Origin: a virus
Virus record (IMG/VR): IMGVR_UViG_3300035117_000094
Location: 1 to 64,000 of that record
Direction: 5' to 3' (one strand)
Length of the DNA: 64,000 nt
This document shows, piece after piece, positions 25,543-34,980 of the stretch (position 1 is the first letter of the stretch; every line of letters starts with the position of its first letter). Both the position numbers and the translations under genes were made by a program. The notes below the pieces were generated by a model. It searched no databases and was not told the origin of the DNA. It saw nothing but the letters and a program-made list of their open reading frames with translations.

Positions 25543-26592
25543 CTACCGCAGCACCAGGACGCGAGTGCCGGGCAGGATCTTGCGGTTGTAGGCAGTGGAC
25601 TGGATGAAGATCGTGCAGCCGGCCTGCTGGTTCGGGCGGACGTGCACCGTGTGGTCCGAGGGGAGGCCCAGGACAGCGCGGGCGGCCGGGCCGCTGTAGA
25701 CCTTGCCGCCTGTCTCGACGGCGATGGCCTTCCCGCCCTGGATGTCCTCAGCCTTGGTGAACTCGTAGTACGCCCGGCCGACCACGTACGGGGTCACGAG
25801 CGCGTCGATGCGCTCACGGTCGGCGCTGAGGGGGTGCTCCACGAAGTAGTAGCTGCCCTCGGTGAGCGGCGTGGCCGCGCCCTTGACCTCGGCGGCCGAG
25901 AACTCGCGGACCTTGAACAGGCCCCCTCGCTGGCTGCCCGCGCCCTTGTTCCAGCCGTGGACGCCCTCCTTGCGGCCCTGCATGAAGCTGGCGGCGCTGG
26001 TGCGCATGACCTCGCCCACCTGGCTCATGCCCGCCGACGACGAGGTGTCCCACACGGCGATGTTGCCCTCGGGAAAGCCGCACGCGCGAAGCTGGACAGT
26101 GGCGTAGCTGTTCGGGCCGAACGCGGTGGTCGTCCAGTTCTCGGGCAGGCCGCCGATCCGGGCGGCGAGCCGCTTCGGCGCCTCGTACCTGCCGCCGTGA
26201 TCGTGGCTGTCGTTCTCCAGGCCGTCCGACAGGAGCGTGAGGTTAAAGGCGTGCTCGCCGTAGAGGGTGGCCGTCTTCTCCAGGTCGGAGACGCCCAGCA
26301 TGGCGCAGTCGATGAGCGCGGTGTTCCCGCCCGGCTTGTACAGCCCCTGGATCGAGGGAAGGCGGAGCACGTCCTTGTCGTAGAACAGGCAGCGCTGCCG
26401 CCCGTAGCCGCTGAAGGTGTAGAGGGTGACCCGGGTCTCCTGGTCCTGCTCCTGCGAGAGCTGGGCGAGGAACCGCACGTAGTTGTCCCACGCCTGGACG
26501 ACGGCGTCCGCGTGCACGTTCATCGACCAGGACGCGTCGATGAGCGCGGCGAAGTGGTTGATGAGGTTCGGGGTGCTCGTGCCAGTGGTCAT
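25543..26592 (-). CDS. von Willebrand factor A domain protein
   Basis: MIDAS DASWSM, GNTALID, LLSDGLEN. Confidence 0.85.
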   Translation of the reverse strand: MTTGTSTPNLINHFAALIDASWSMNVHADAVVQAWDNYVRFLAQLSQEQDQETRVTLYTFSGYGRQRCLFYDKDVLRLPSIQGLYKPGGNTALIDCAMLGVSDLEKTATLYGEHAFNLTLLSDGLENDSHDHGGRYEAPKRLAARIGGLPENWTTTAFGPNSYATVQLRACGFPEGNIAVWDTSSSAGMSQVGEVMRTSAASFMQGRKEGVHGWNKGAGSQRGGLFKVREFSAAEVKGAATPLTEGSYYFVEHPLSADRERIDALVTPYVVGRAYYEFTKAEDIQGGKAIAVETGGKVYSGPAARAVLGLPSDHTVHVRPNQQAGCTIFIQSTAYNRKILPGTRVLVLR

Positions 26593-26649
26593 CGCTTTTC
26601 CCGTCCTGACTGGTCTGGGGATGTCTCCGGGCCTCAGCCTACCTGCTGC

Positions 26650-26979
26650 TCAGATCGCTCCCGGCTCGTCCGGGGCCTGCGCGTCATAACAGCTGGTGAT
26701 GCCGTCGATAAGCGCCGTGGCCCACGTCGTGTCCGTGCCCGCGATCGTGCTGACGACGCTACGGGACACCCCGTCGAAGCCGAGGGCGCTCAGGTCCAGG
26801 CCGGGCACGGCGTGATGCAGGAGGGCGTTGACGAGGGTGCCCGCGATGGCAGCGTGACTGCCCGCCCGCTTGGCCAGCAGCGCCATGTAGAGCACGCGGC
26901 GCGTCTCGTCGAGCGCTCGCTTCAGCTCGTCCGTCAGGGCCTCGCCCGGCCCGTCAGCGTCTTCAGGCATGATGTCCAT
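26650..26979 (-). CDS. Hypothetical protein (probably leaderless)
   Basis: TAGGCT -10 six nt before ATG. Confidence 0.6.
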   Translation of the reverse strand: MDIMPEDADGPGEALTDELKRALDETRRVLYMALLAKRAGSHAAIAGTLVNALLHHAVPGLDLSALGFDGVSRSVVSTIAGTDTTWATALIDGITSCYDAQAPDEPGAI

Positions 26980-26988
26980 GATGCCAGC

Positions 26989-27729
26989 CTACCCGAGCCT
27001 GTGGGGGTGCCAGGGCCAGCCGGCCGGCACGAGGTCGAGCACCTTCGGGTCGCCGAGTCCGACCCACGCCTCGGCGTCGTAGCGGTCACGGTGCCGGATG
27101 CCGGGCAGCCCGGCCAGGTAGCCCGCCGTGGCCCACCAGAAGTTGCCGGCGAACATGGGAACGCCGACTACCTTGCCGTCCGCCGGGAGCCAGTGCGCCC
27201 CGGCCGCGTCGTGGCCGTCGCCGAGCGCCGCCGTGCACTCGCGCCACCGGGTCACGCAGGCGCCCTGCATGCACTGCCGCCACAGGTCCTGGTGCGGGGT
27301 CTGCCGCCAGCCGCCCTTAGTGTGCGCGTACAGCACGGGCGTGTTCACGGGCAGCCCCTGGACGGCGGCGTGCAGCGCCCGCAGGGTAACGTGCTCGAAC
27401 CCGTACTCAGCCGACGCGGCCTGGGTCCACGCCGGCCACGCGCCCTCCAGCCAGTTCCGGGCGGACTGACGGGCGCCCAGCGAGCCTACCAGCCCCACGC
27501 GGACCTCACCCGTGAACCCGGCCTGGCCCAGCGCGGTGAAGTGCTCGGAGGCGACGCGCGGCCAGCCGCCCCCGGCGGCGTACAGGTGGTAGAAGTGGAC
27601 GGGCACCGGGCTGGCCGCCGGGGGCGCGAGGGCGGAGCCGGGGAACCCGTGGCCGGGCGCCCCGTAACCCGGCACCTGGGGGTCTCTCCAGTGAGCGATG
27701 CCCGCCTGCTGCGGGCGTTCCTCGGTCAT
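26989..27729 (-). CDS. Glycosyltransferase-like protein, paralog 1
   Basis: FEH.TL, YAHTKG, WR.CM, GNFWWA, AE.W motifs shared with 32151-32876. Confidence 0.6.
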   Translation of the reverse strand: MTEERPQQAGIAHWRDPQVPGYGAPGHGFPGSALAPPAASPVPVHFYHLYAAGGGWPRVASEHFTALGQAGFTGEVRVGLVGSLGARQSARNWLEGAWPAWTQAASAEYGFEHVTLRALHAAVQGLPVNTPVLYAHTKGGWRQTPHQDLWRQCMQGACVTRWRECTAALGDGHDAAGAHWLPADGKVVGVPMFAGNFWWATAGYLAGLPGIRHRDRYDAEAWVGLGDPKVLDLVPAGWPWHPHRLG

Positions 27730-27755
27730 CGTCGTCACGGGGCGCGCTGCCCGGG

Positions 27756-28847
27756 CTAGCTGACGCTGATGACGCGGGTTACGGTCGTGTAACCGGTGGC
27801 GCTGGTCTCCACGGTGTACGCGCCCGCCCGGGGGACGGCGATGACGACGTGCGGCGCGGACCCGTGGCTCTCGCCCGCGATGTTCCCGGCCGTGTCCTTC
27901 ACGATCGTCGAGTAGGCGCCCGAGTAGCCGGGAATTCCCCGGGCCACGTTCATCGTGCGCGTGACCTCCGTGTGCGGGGTGACGGACAGGCCGGCCACGG
28001 GAAGCGGCGCCGGGGTGGTGCCCGGGGACTTCAGCAGCGCCGCCCACGTGCCCGGCCCTACGATGCCGTCCACGGCGAGGTGCGCCGCGCCCTGGAACTT
28101 GGTCAAGGCTGCGAGGGTGGCGGCGCCGAAGCTGCCGTCCACGGCGAGCATGGCGTACCCGTACGCGGAGTGCCACGCGTTCAGCCGCTCCTGGAGGACG
28201 TGCACGGGGCCTCCGGCCACGCCGCCGTCCGTCATGCCGGACCGCAGGACGGTCAGCGTGAGGGGGACGGGCGCGAACGCGTAGCCCTGCCAGAGGGTGG
28301 TGTCGTAGCGGGCGTTGCTCGCGTACTGGGTAGCGTCGGCGGGGCGCAGCCTGCTCAGGCCGCAGGTCTTCGCGGCGCACAGGTGCTTGCCGGCGTAGTG
28401 CGCGGTCCACATGACGTACGCGCTGTCCGGTACGCCGGCCGCGCGCAGGTGGCTGGTGACCGTGTCGGCCCAGCTTCCCTCGACGTAGAGGATCGGCCGG
28501 CGGGCGGCGCCGTGGTCCGGGTTGTGCACGAACGCCACGGCGGCGCGGCCCCCGGCGTCAGCGTCCGGGTAGTTGCCCGCCTCGATGTCGATGCACATCG
28601 CCCTGTTGAGGCCATCGGGGGTGATGGACACGACCCGGCCGGAGGCCAGCAGCGCGGGGAACCGGTCCCCGACCGCCTTGATGTTGGCGTACCGGCCGTT
28701 AAAGTACCCGGCCTCCACGTCGCCCTGCGGCAGGAACGCCACGGTCACGGCGTCGTAGCCGGTCAGGGATCCTGCGGGGACGGTGGTGAGGCCGAGGGGG
28801 GCGAGGACCCGGGTCCTGAGGGTCCGCGCCTTCTGCGTGATGGTCAT
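27756..28847 (-). CDS. Endolysin (glycoside-hydrolase-like + peptidoglycan-binding + beta-rich domain)
   Basis: IDIEAG, PILY, WTAHY, ATQY catalytic-type motifs; VDGSFG..T..A..FQ..L.VDGIVGP.TW PG-binding signature. Confidence 0.85.
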   Translation of the reverse strand: MTITQKARTLRTRVLAPLGLTTVPAGSLTGYDAVTVAFLPQGDVEAGYFNGRYANIKAVGDRFPALLASGRVVSITPDGLNRAMCIDIEAGNYPDADAGGRAAVAFVHNPDHGAARRPILYVEGSWADTVTSHLRAAGVPDSAYVMWTAHYAGKHLCAAKTCGLSRLRPADATQYASNARYDTTLWQGYAFAPVPLTLTVLRSGMTDGGVAGGPVHVLQERLNAWHSAYGYAMLAVDGSFGAATLAALTKFQGAAHLAVDGIVGPGTWAALLKSPGTTPAPLPVAGLSVTPHTEVTRTMNVARGIPGYSGAYSTIVKDTAGNIAGESHGSAPHVVIAVPRAGAYTVETSATGYTTVTRVISVS

Positions 28848-28955
28848 GATGCTCCCGGGGTTCTCGTGATCGAGGGGGGATTCCGCGACTGCGTCAGGGG
28901 GGTCCGATCCCTCGTCAGCAGCCGGGGCTTCCGTTGCCCCAGCATACCCCGGACG

Positions 28956-29972
28956 TCACATGAAGTCAGAAGTGCCCACGAGGCCGTGGGAAAGCTCGTC
29001 GAACGTGGGACTGGCATTGCTGGTGTAACCGGGGAGCCAGAAGTAGCCGGAGTACTGGGAGTGACCCCACTGCGCGCCGGGGGGAACGAGCCACCGGTTG
29101 CCCTTCCACGTCAGCCCGGACGAGAGCAGCAGCGTCTGGTCGTACAGCGGGCCGAATGCCGCCTGCCACTGCGTGGTGTAGGTGTTATTCGTGAACGTTA
29201 GGTTAGTGAGCTGGCCAGCCTCGTTGTGCAGCGCGACCGTGAACCCGAACCCGCCGATCAGGTTGCCGCTGATCAGGCAGTTCGTCAGGAAGTTGGCGGC
29301 GGACCCCCAGACTATGGCGTTCGTGTCGCCGAGGGCGTTGATGGCGTTGCGCGTCAGCTGGAGGTAGGCCATCTGGCCGCCGCCCGGGGCGCCGATGCCG
29401 TCGTTGTGGTCCAGGCCGCTGGTGTTCAGCCTCAGGTTATGGAAGTTGTTGTAGTCCACGAGGTAAGGATTCGCCTGCGTGCTGCCGTTGGCCAGCCGGG
29501 CGCCGCCGTTGCCGAAGCCCCACATGTCGCAGTTTTTCAGCAGCAGGCCGCCCTCGCACCAGGTATTCAGCGTGCCCGGCTGAGCCTGGGTGCCGTCCGC
29601 GCAGAAGCCGTACTGGTACCCGGCGTCCTGGGGGACCGGGCTGTCCTTCAGCGCCGGCGGCCACGACGCGAACGGCCCCGGCTGCGTGGTGCAGTTAACG
29701 AACTTCAGGTTCCTGCCGTACAGCAGGACGGCGAACGCGTTCGGCCCGGTGCTCGGCCAGCAGCAGCCGATGCACGTCACGTTCTGCACGGGCACTGACT
29801 CGGTTCCGATGTTGCCGTTGCCGAGGTTGACGTAGCCGACGTAGGTGGTGTTGGACTGCACGGTGATGGCGCTGCCATCGGTCAGCGTCCCGTTATACCC
29901 CGGCGCGTTCTCGTAGCCCGTGACCGCGCCCGTGGGCCACTGCGGGAGGGGCGGCGCCTTGGTGAGGAACAT
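28956..29972 (-). CDS. Beta-helix / pectin-lyase-like virion-associated protein
   Basis: Asn-rich repeating N-x-I/N-x-F pattern, HNDGI. Confidence 0.6.
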   Translation of the reverse strand: MFLTKAPPLPQWPTGAVTGYENAPGYNGTLTDGSAITVQSNTTYVGYVNLGNGNIGTESVPVQNVTCIGCCWPSTGPNAFAVLLYGRNLKFVNCTTQPGPFASWPPALKDSPVPQDAGYQYGFCADGTQAQPGTLNTWCEGGLLLKNCDMWGFGNGGARLANGSTQANPYLVDYNNFHNLRLNTSGLDHNDGIGAPGGGQMAYLQLTRNAINALGDTNAIVWGSAANFLTNCLISGNLIGGFGFTVALHNEAGQLTNLTFTNNTYTTQWQAAFGPLYDQTLLLSSGLTWKGNRWLVPPGAQWGHSQYSGYFWLPGYTSNASPTFDELSHGLVGTSDFM

Positions 29973-29981
29973 CCCGGCCTC

Positions 29982-30548
29982 CTAGACGATTCCGGATGCG
30001 AGCAGCAGGCCGCCGGCCGACAGCGTTACCTCAGGGTCAACCCAGTAATTCGAGGCGTTAAAGCTGCCGTCCGGGTACGTGGCGGTAGGCGCGGCGTGGA
30101 AGGAGTCCTGCCCGGGGCTGGCCCCCGCGTTATCCGGCGCGGACAGCGCGCCGTTGGTGATCCCGGCTGCGCCCGCCCCGGAGTCCCAGTAGTGAGCAGT
30201 GATGCCGTACCAGTTAGCGGTGCCCGACCCGGCGTCCTTCGCGACGCACGCCTTGTACGCAGTGCCGGGGCTGAGTGACGGCGGGGAGGCGAACGCCCCC
30301 CGTACCCACCCTGACCCCGGGGCGCCGCTCCAGGACGGGAACTCCTGGTGCACCAGCGCGGTCCCGGAGACGGTGAAGAGGGCGATGATGGTGGGAAGCT
30401 CCGTGGCCCCGGCCGGGCTGTCCCACCACACGGCAGCCAGGCGGTACCCAGCGGCGTTAACCTGGACCTGCACGCCGAGGGTGAGCCACGTGGCGTCCGT
30501 CACGATGGCGCCGCCCCCGGACTGGCCGAACAGCGTGAGCGCGGTCAT
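29982..30548 (-). CDS. DUF4082-like carbohydrate-binding protein
   Basis: TLGV, GW..F..P..L..G..Y, YP..SF..NYWVD. Confidence 0.7.
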   Translation of the reverse strand: MTALTLFGQSGGGAIVTDATWLTLGVQVQVNAAGYRLAAVWWDSPAGATELPTIIALFTVSGTALVHQEFPSWSGAPGSGWVRGAFASPPSLSPGTAYKACVAKDAGSGTANWYGITAHYWDSGAGAAGITNGALSAPDNAGASPGQDSFHAAPTATYPDGSFNASNYWVDPEVTLSAGGLLLASGIV

Positions 30549-31528
30549 CAGAACCCCAGGCCCGAGCCGAGGTAGCGCCACTTAGAGGCGGCAGCGTAGT
30601 ACCTGAAGCCGACGATGTCGGCCGCGTTAGCCGCCGTGCTGAGCGTTGGCGCCCCGGCCGCCCCGAAGGCGTACGCGGCGTTCCAGGTGACGGCGCAAGG
30701 GCCACCGGACGCGGGCTGAGTGAGCGCAATCGTGATCGACTGCCCGTCAACGGGACTCGACGGCGCCCCCATGGCGCGGGTACCGCCCACGCCGCTGGTG
30801 AGCAGGAGCCGGAAGTCATTGCCGGCCGCCGCGTTAACCGCCACGGTAGCCGCGTCGGTGAGGGCCACTACCGCCGGGGACAGCGGGCCTTGCATGGCCC
30901 CGCCCGTGATCAGCACGTACCGGGCGTCCAGGCCGGACAGGGGCTGGTCGTCGGCCGTCACGTACCAGGCCGTGAGCGTCGTGTTGTAGCAGAGGACGAC
31001 GCCCTGGTCCTTGATCCGCAGCGTGAGCGGGCCGGCCTCGCCGGAGTTGAACGTCGCCCCGTTGCCCGCGATCGTGACCACGTTAGACCCGGCCACGGCG
31101 ACCATCTTCACGCCGCACAGGGTGTTGTTGGCGGGGGCGGGGGGCAGCGTGATGGTGACGGAGGACCCGGACGCGTCCACCGGCACGTACTCGCCGTTAG
31201 CGGGCGAGTAGGCGGACGACTTGACCGCGATGGGCAGCAGCGCCGTGAAGGCCGCCGCCGCGAACGCCGTGGTGGCGAGCTGCGTCGTGCTGGTGCCGGG
31301 CGTCGCAGTCGGGGCGGTCGGAACGCCCGTGAAGGCAGGGGAGTTCAGGGGGGCGCCGCCCCCGCCGCCCGGGTTCCAGTAGGCGAGGGAGGCCCACGCC
31401 GTGGCGCCGTCCCCCATCTTGCCCTTGCCCGTGTCGGTCTCCACGCCGATCTCGCCCTGGTGGAGCACGGGGTTGACGCTGGTCCAGTTAGCAGCGGTGT
31501 CCCGCCTGATCTGAATGGTAACGCTCAT
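30548..31528 (-). CDS. Fibre-like protein with Mtd/hyaluronidase-type N-terminal domain
   Basis: IQIRRDTAANW..NPVL..GEIG.ETDT.K.K.GDG; SPAFTGVPTAPT..ATTAF fibre motif. Confidence 0.8.
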   Translation of the reverse strand: MSVTIQIRRDTAANWTSVNPVLHQGEIGVETDTGKGKMGDGATAWASLAYWNPGGGGGAPLNSPAFTGVPTAPTATPGTSTTQLATTAFAAAAFTALLPIAVKSSAYSPANGEYVPVDASGSSVTITLPPAPANNTLCGVKMVAVAGSNVVTIAGNGATFNSGEAGPLTLRIKDQGVVLCYNTTLTAWYVTADDQPLSGLDARYVLITGGAMQGPLSPAVVALTDAATVAVNAAAGNDFRLLLTSGVGGTRAMGAPSSPVDGQSITIALTQPASGGPCAVTWNAAYAFGAAGAPTLSTAANAADIVGFRYYAAASKWRYLGSGLGF

Positions 31529-32103
31529 CAGGCGCCGCCTCCGTCGATGTTGCCTGCCGGGAACTGCCCGGTGGACGCTGAGCCGCCGTCGAGGTCAGCA
31601 GCCGGGAACTGCCCGCCCGCTGCCGTGCCGCCGTCCTGGCCGAACAGGCTGCCGCCGGACTGCGGCTGCCAGGAGCTTGCCTCCCCGGCGCCCGTCGCCA
31701 CCGGGACGTACCCGGGCACGGCAGTACCGGAGGGGAGCGGGAGGTACTGCTGGCCGGGCTGGGCTGCGGGCACCTCCGCGAGGGCGCTGAGGTACTGCAC
31801 CGCGCCGTCAGCGAAGCGCAGGTAGAAGCTGAACCCGCGCGGGCTGCCGGGAACGCCGGGGAACGAGACAGCGTACGTCCACGCGTTCGGCTGCGGGCCT
31901 ACGGAGTCGGTGGACACGAGCCGGGCCTGCGGCGGCGACGGCCTGCCCCCGAAGGCGGCCACCACGGGCGCGGTCATGATCAGCAGCTGGTCAGCGGGGT
32001 CGGGCAGGCTGCCGGACGGCGTGATCACGGCCTGACCCTGGGCCAGGGGGATCCCTCGCGCGTCGGCAGAATCCAGCACCAGCGTCACGTACTGCGCGGT
32101 CAC
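31528..32103 (-). CDS. Virion structural / adaptor-like protein
   Basis: GGAGG SD before GTG; C-terminal DGG repeats. Confidence 0.6.
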   Translation of the reverse strand: MTAQYVTLVLDSADARGIPLAQGQAVITPSGSLPDPADQLLIMTAPVVAAFGGRPSPPQARLVSTDSVGPQPNAWTYAVSFPGVPGSPRGFSFYLRFADGAVQYLSALAEVPAAQPGQQYLPLPSGTAVPGYVPVATGAGEASSWQPQSGGSLFGQDGGTAAGGQFPAADLDGGSASTGQFPAGNIDGGGA

Positions 32104-32150
32104 GGCATCCTCCCTGCTACCTAAACGGTACCAAGGGAAGCGCGGGTCAG

Positions 32151-32876
32151 CTAGACGTGCGGGTGCCAGGGCCATGCCCGGCTGCTGATGGCCCTCATGC
32201 GGGCGCCGTTGTCCCCTAGCCACGTCTCGGCCGTGTGCCGGTCGGACCAGTCAACAAGCTTGCAGTCCCGCAGGAACGACGCGTTCGCCCACCAGAAGTT
32301 ACCGCCGAAGAACGGGGAGCGCACGAGGCCCGGGAAGTCCTGCGGCGTGAGCAGGTGCTCGCCGATCGCGTCGCAGTCCTCCAGGACGGCCAGCTTGGAC
32401 CGCCAGTCGAGCAGCACGGCCCGGGTCATGCAGCGGCGCCACTCGTTCATGTGGATCCGCTCGCCCTCCTGCTCCCCCTGGTGGGTGATGCCCTTAGTGT
32501 GCGCGTAGAGGACCGCGTGGCCCGGGTGCCGGCCGGCCACCTCGCGGGCAAGGTCCAGGGCGGCGTGCTCGAAGCCCTCGTCGAGGTCCCGGCCGACCTT
32601 CACCATCCCGCCCAGCCGCTCCCGGAAGGCGTCAGCCACGGCCTGCCGGCTATCCCGCTGGCCTGACAGGGACAGGTACACGGTGCCGAAGAACCCCGTG
32701 CCCTCCAGCATCGCGCAGTGCTCGGCCACGATGTCCTGCCATGGCCCGTCGCACCAGGCGTGGTAGACGTGCACGACGTCCCGGAATGCCCAGGCGCCTG
32801 AATAGCCGGCGGCCCGTCGCGGGGTGAAGACGCGGGGCGGGCACGGGTACGTCCTCGCCAGCTCCTGCATGATCAT
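32151..32876 (-). CDS. Glycosyltransferase-like protein, paralog 2
   Basis: FEH, YAHTKG, WRRCM, GNFWWA, AETW. Confidence 0.6.
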   Translation of the reverse strand: MIMQELARTYPCPPRVFTPRRAAGYSGAWAFRDVVHVYHAWCDGPWQDIVAEHCAMLEGTGFFGTVYLSLSGQRDSRQAVADAFRERLGGMVKVGRDLDEGFEHAALDLAREVAGRHPGHAVLYAHTKGITHQGEQEGERIHMNEWRRCMTRAVLLDWRSKLAVLEDCDAIGEHLLTPQDFPGLVRSPFFGGNFWWANASFLRDCKLVDWSDRHTAETWLGDNGARMRAISSRAWPWHPHV

Positions 32877-33379
32877 GAGTCCCCCAGGTGCTTCACGGCG
32901 GCCAGGTGCGCGGCGAGGCTGGCGGTCATCTCGCCCAGGGTTCGCCCGCTCAGCTCGTACAGGCACGGCGAAGACCCGGCCCCCGGCAGCGTGAAGGGCC
33001 ACGCGTTCTCCACGGGAACCCGGCCAGCGCAGAACAGGGCAGGCGGCTTACCGCTGCGCGTGCAGACCGGGGCGCCTCCCGCGCGCAGGGCCTCAGCCGG
33101 GGCCGGGGGCCTGACGGGCACCGGGGGCGCTACGGCGGCGGCCATCGCTGCGGCCAGGATGACCCGCCACGAGGTGAGGTCCACGTCATGGCCCAGGGCG
33201 GTCTTCTCGGCCCCGGCCTCCTCGCCCCGGGCATGACGCCGCAGGGCGTAGTCGATCACCACCGTGAACGCAGGGGTGCCGTAGCCGAGGGCCGTGGCCT
33301 TGTCCAGCCCGGCCGTCACGTCCAGCTTGTCCGCGTTGACGCCGGGTACCAGCGGCATGCCGTTCATGTCTCGCGTCAT
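32873..33379 (-). CDS. Hypothetical protein
   Basis: Coupled ORF. Confidence 0.6.
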   Translation of the reverse strand: MTRDMNGMPLVPGVNADKLDVTAGLDKATALGYGTPAFTVVIDYALRRHARGEEAGAEKTALGHDVDLTSWRVILAAAMAAAVAPPVPVRPPAPAEALRAGGAPVCTRSGKPPALFCAGRVPVENAWPFTLPGAGSSPCLYELSGRTLGEMTASLAAHLAAVKHLGDS

Positions 33380-33380
33380 G

Positions 33381-33713
33381 TCAGTCCTCGTTCCCGTAGT
33401 AGTCCTCGGGCCAGTGCCCGGCGATCAGGCGGTAGGCGAGGTGGCCGGCGAACTGCCGGTACTGCCCGATGACCTCCCGCCACCTGTACGCGGCAGGCAC
33501 GGGAGCCTTCAGCCGGCCGGAGAGCAGGGCGTCAAGGTCGAGCGGCGGGCAGTCGGCCAGCAGCTCGCGAGGCACCGCGATCATCATCGTGTGCTTCGTG
33601 GCGCTGAGCTGCTGCCGCGCGCCGGCCTCCAGCTCGTCCGCGAAGTCAGCAGGAACGCGCCCGCTCTCGCGCATGGCGTCGAAGAACTTCGTCACGTGCT
33701 CGTCCTGGCTCAT
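33381..33713 (-). CDS. Hypothetical protein
   Basis: Coupled ORF. Confidence 0.6.
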   Translation of the reverse strand: MSQDEHVTKFFDAMRESGRVPADFADELEAGARQQLSATKHTMMIAVPRELLADCPPLDLDALLSGRLKAPVPAAYRWREVIGQYRQFAGHLAYRLIAGHWPEDYYGNED

Positions 33714-33955
33714 CCGATGTAGCGCTCCTCGTGGCCGCAGCCGGCCCGCTTGCAGTAAACGACCGTGGCTCCCCCGTCGTACCGGATGCCCGTGTCATGC
33801 CCGCCCGCGCACGGGTCCGGGGGCGGCCCGGCGGGCTTGACGGGCTTGGCCGGCCCGGCGGGCTTGGCGTCAGCGCGGGGCTGGCCCTTGCGGTGCCTGC
33901 CGGGAGCCGGGGCAGCGGGCGGCGGCGGCGTTGCCTTACGACGGAACACGGGCAT
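33710..33955 (-). CDS. Pro-rich small protein with Cys/His cluster
   Basis: GGAG SD. Confidence 0.55.
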   Translation of the reverse strand: MPVFRRKATPPPPAAPAPGRHRKGQPRADAKPAGPAKPVKPAGPPPDPCAGGHDTGIRYDGGATVVYCKRAGCGHEERYIG

Positions 33956-34280
33956 GTCGGTCTCCGTTCACGCAGTCATGACGGCGGGTTCCCCTCGGAA
34001 GCTTAGCCCACAGCAGGACCGGGCGGGCACGCGCGGGGCCGAGCGGCTGCCGGGTGACGCACCACAGGCCGTCACGGGCTGCCACGTGCTGGTGGACGCC
34101 CAGGACGGCCATGCCCTCAACGTAGGCCCTGGCAGCGGCGGCCTTGCCCGCCCGGCGCCCGGCTATGGCCGTCAGGTGCGGGTCGAACCCCCGGAACCCC
34201 GGGTCGAGCACGGCCTCGGCTATCCGCCGCTGCCACGGCGTCATGTCCCGGGTCAGGGACTCCGGCAGGGCCTGCGTCAT
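33936..34280 (-). CDS. Hypothetical protein with terminase-like PWQ / GRRAGK remnant
   Basis: ATGA overlap; motif by eye. Confidence 0.45.
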   Translation of the reverse strand: MTQALPESLTRDMTPWQRRIAEAVLDPGFRGFDPHLTAIAGRRAGKAAAARAYVEGMAVLGVHQHVAARDGLWCVTRQPLGPARARPVLLWAKLPRGTRRHDCVNGDRHARVPS

Positions 34281-34444
34281 GATGTCACTGCCGCGACGGC
34301 GAACAGGGCGCAGAGCACGAGCGCGATAACGCCGAGGACGCGCATGGCGAAGCCCGCCGTCCAGCCGGGCATCACGCGCGCCAGCCATAGCACGGTAAGG
34401 CCGAGAACGCCCGCGATTACCGCCAGCGTGATGGCTTGCGTCAC
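34277..34444 (-). CDS. Two-TM small membrane protein
   Basis: GTGA overlap; hydrophobic. Confidence 0.55.
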   Translation of the reverse strand: MTQAITLAVIAGVLGLTVLWLARVMPGWTAGFAMRVLGVIALVLCALFAVAAVTS

Positions 34445-34689
34445 GTCAGCCACCGGGCCTCCTCCACGCGCGTCACCCGGAACCTGCGGTCAGCCTCGGC
34501 TTCCAGGGCGCGCTTGGCCCACTCGCCCCTTACCGCTACCACGTCCGTCCCGAGCGTGGCGAACGTGTGGTGCTCGCCCGTCTTGTCCGTGCACGAGTCG
34601 CTGAAGGCGCACTGCCCGGTCTTCTTCGCCTGCGGGTCGTGCGACGAGTCCTTGCACAGCAGTCGCACGGTGACCAGGAAAATCGTCAT
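34441..34689 (-). CDS. Hypothetical protein
   Basis: AAGGAGG SD. Confidence 0.65.
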   Translation of the reverse strand: MTIFLVTVRLLCKDSSHDPQAKKTGQCAFSDSCTDKTGEHHTFATLGTDVVAVRGEWAKRALEAEADRRFRVTRVEEARWLT

Positions 34690-34709
34690 AACTGCCTCCT
34701 TCGCTGCCG

Positions 34710-34913
34710 CTAGAAGTGGTTGCTCTGGTAGTTGTCATTCCCGATCTGGACGCCCCGGGACTGGCGCGTCCGGGCGAGGGCGACTGCCTCCCGCACCGTG
34801 ATCGTGGTCACCAGCCCGCCCGGCTCCTCGATGACCAGCACGCCGATGGCCGTGACCGTGACCTCCTCGCCGTCGCGCGTTACGATGCTGACGCTGCCCG
34901 TGCTACCGCTCAT
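34710..34913 (-). CDS. Hypothetical protein
   Basis: AGGAGG SD. Confidence 0.6.
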   Translation of the reverse strand: MSGSTGSVSIVTRDGEEVTVTAIGVLVIEEPGGLVTTITVREAVALARTRQSRGVQIGNDNYQSNHF

Positions 34914-34980
34914 CGGTGCCTCCTGCTCGCTTTTCCGGCCTGCTGGCCAGGTTAACCACGGGGGGCCGCCCGTTGTTCCC

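Noticed and set aside
30548-31528. Diversity-generating retroelement target (Mtd-like N-terminus)
   Set aside because: No reverse transcriptase and no TR/VR repeat pair seen in the window
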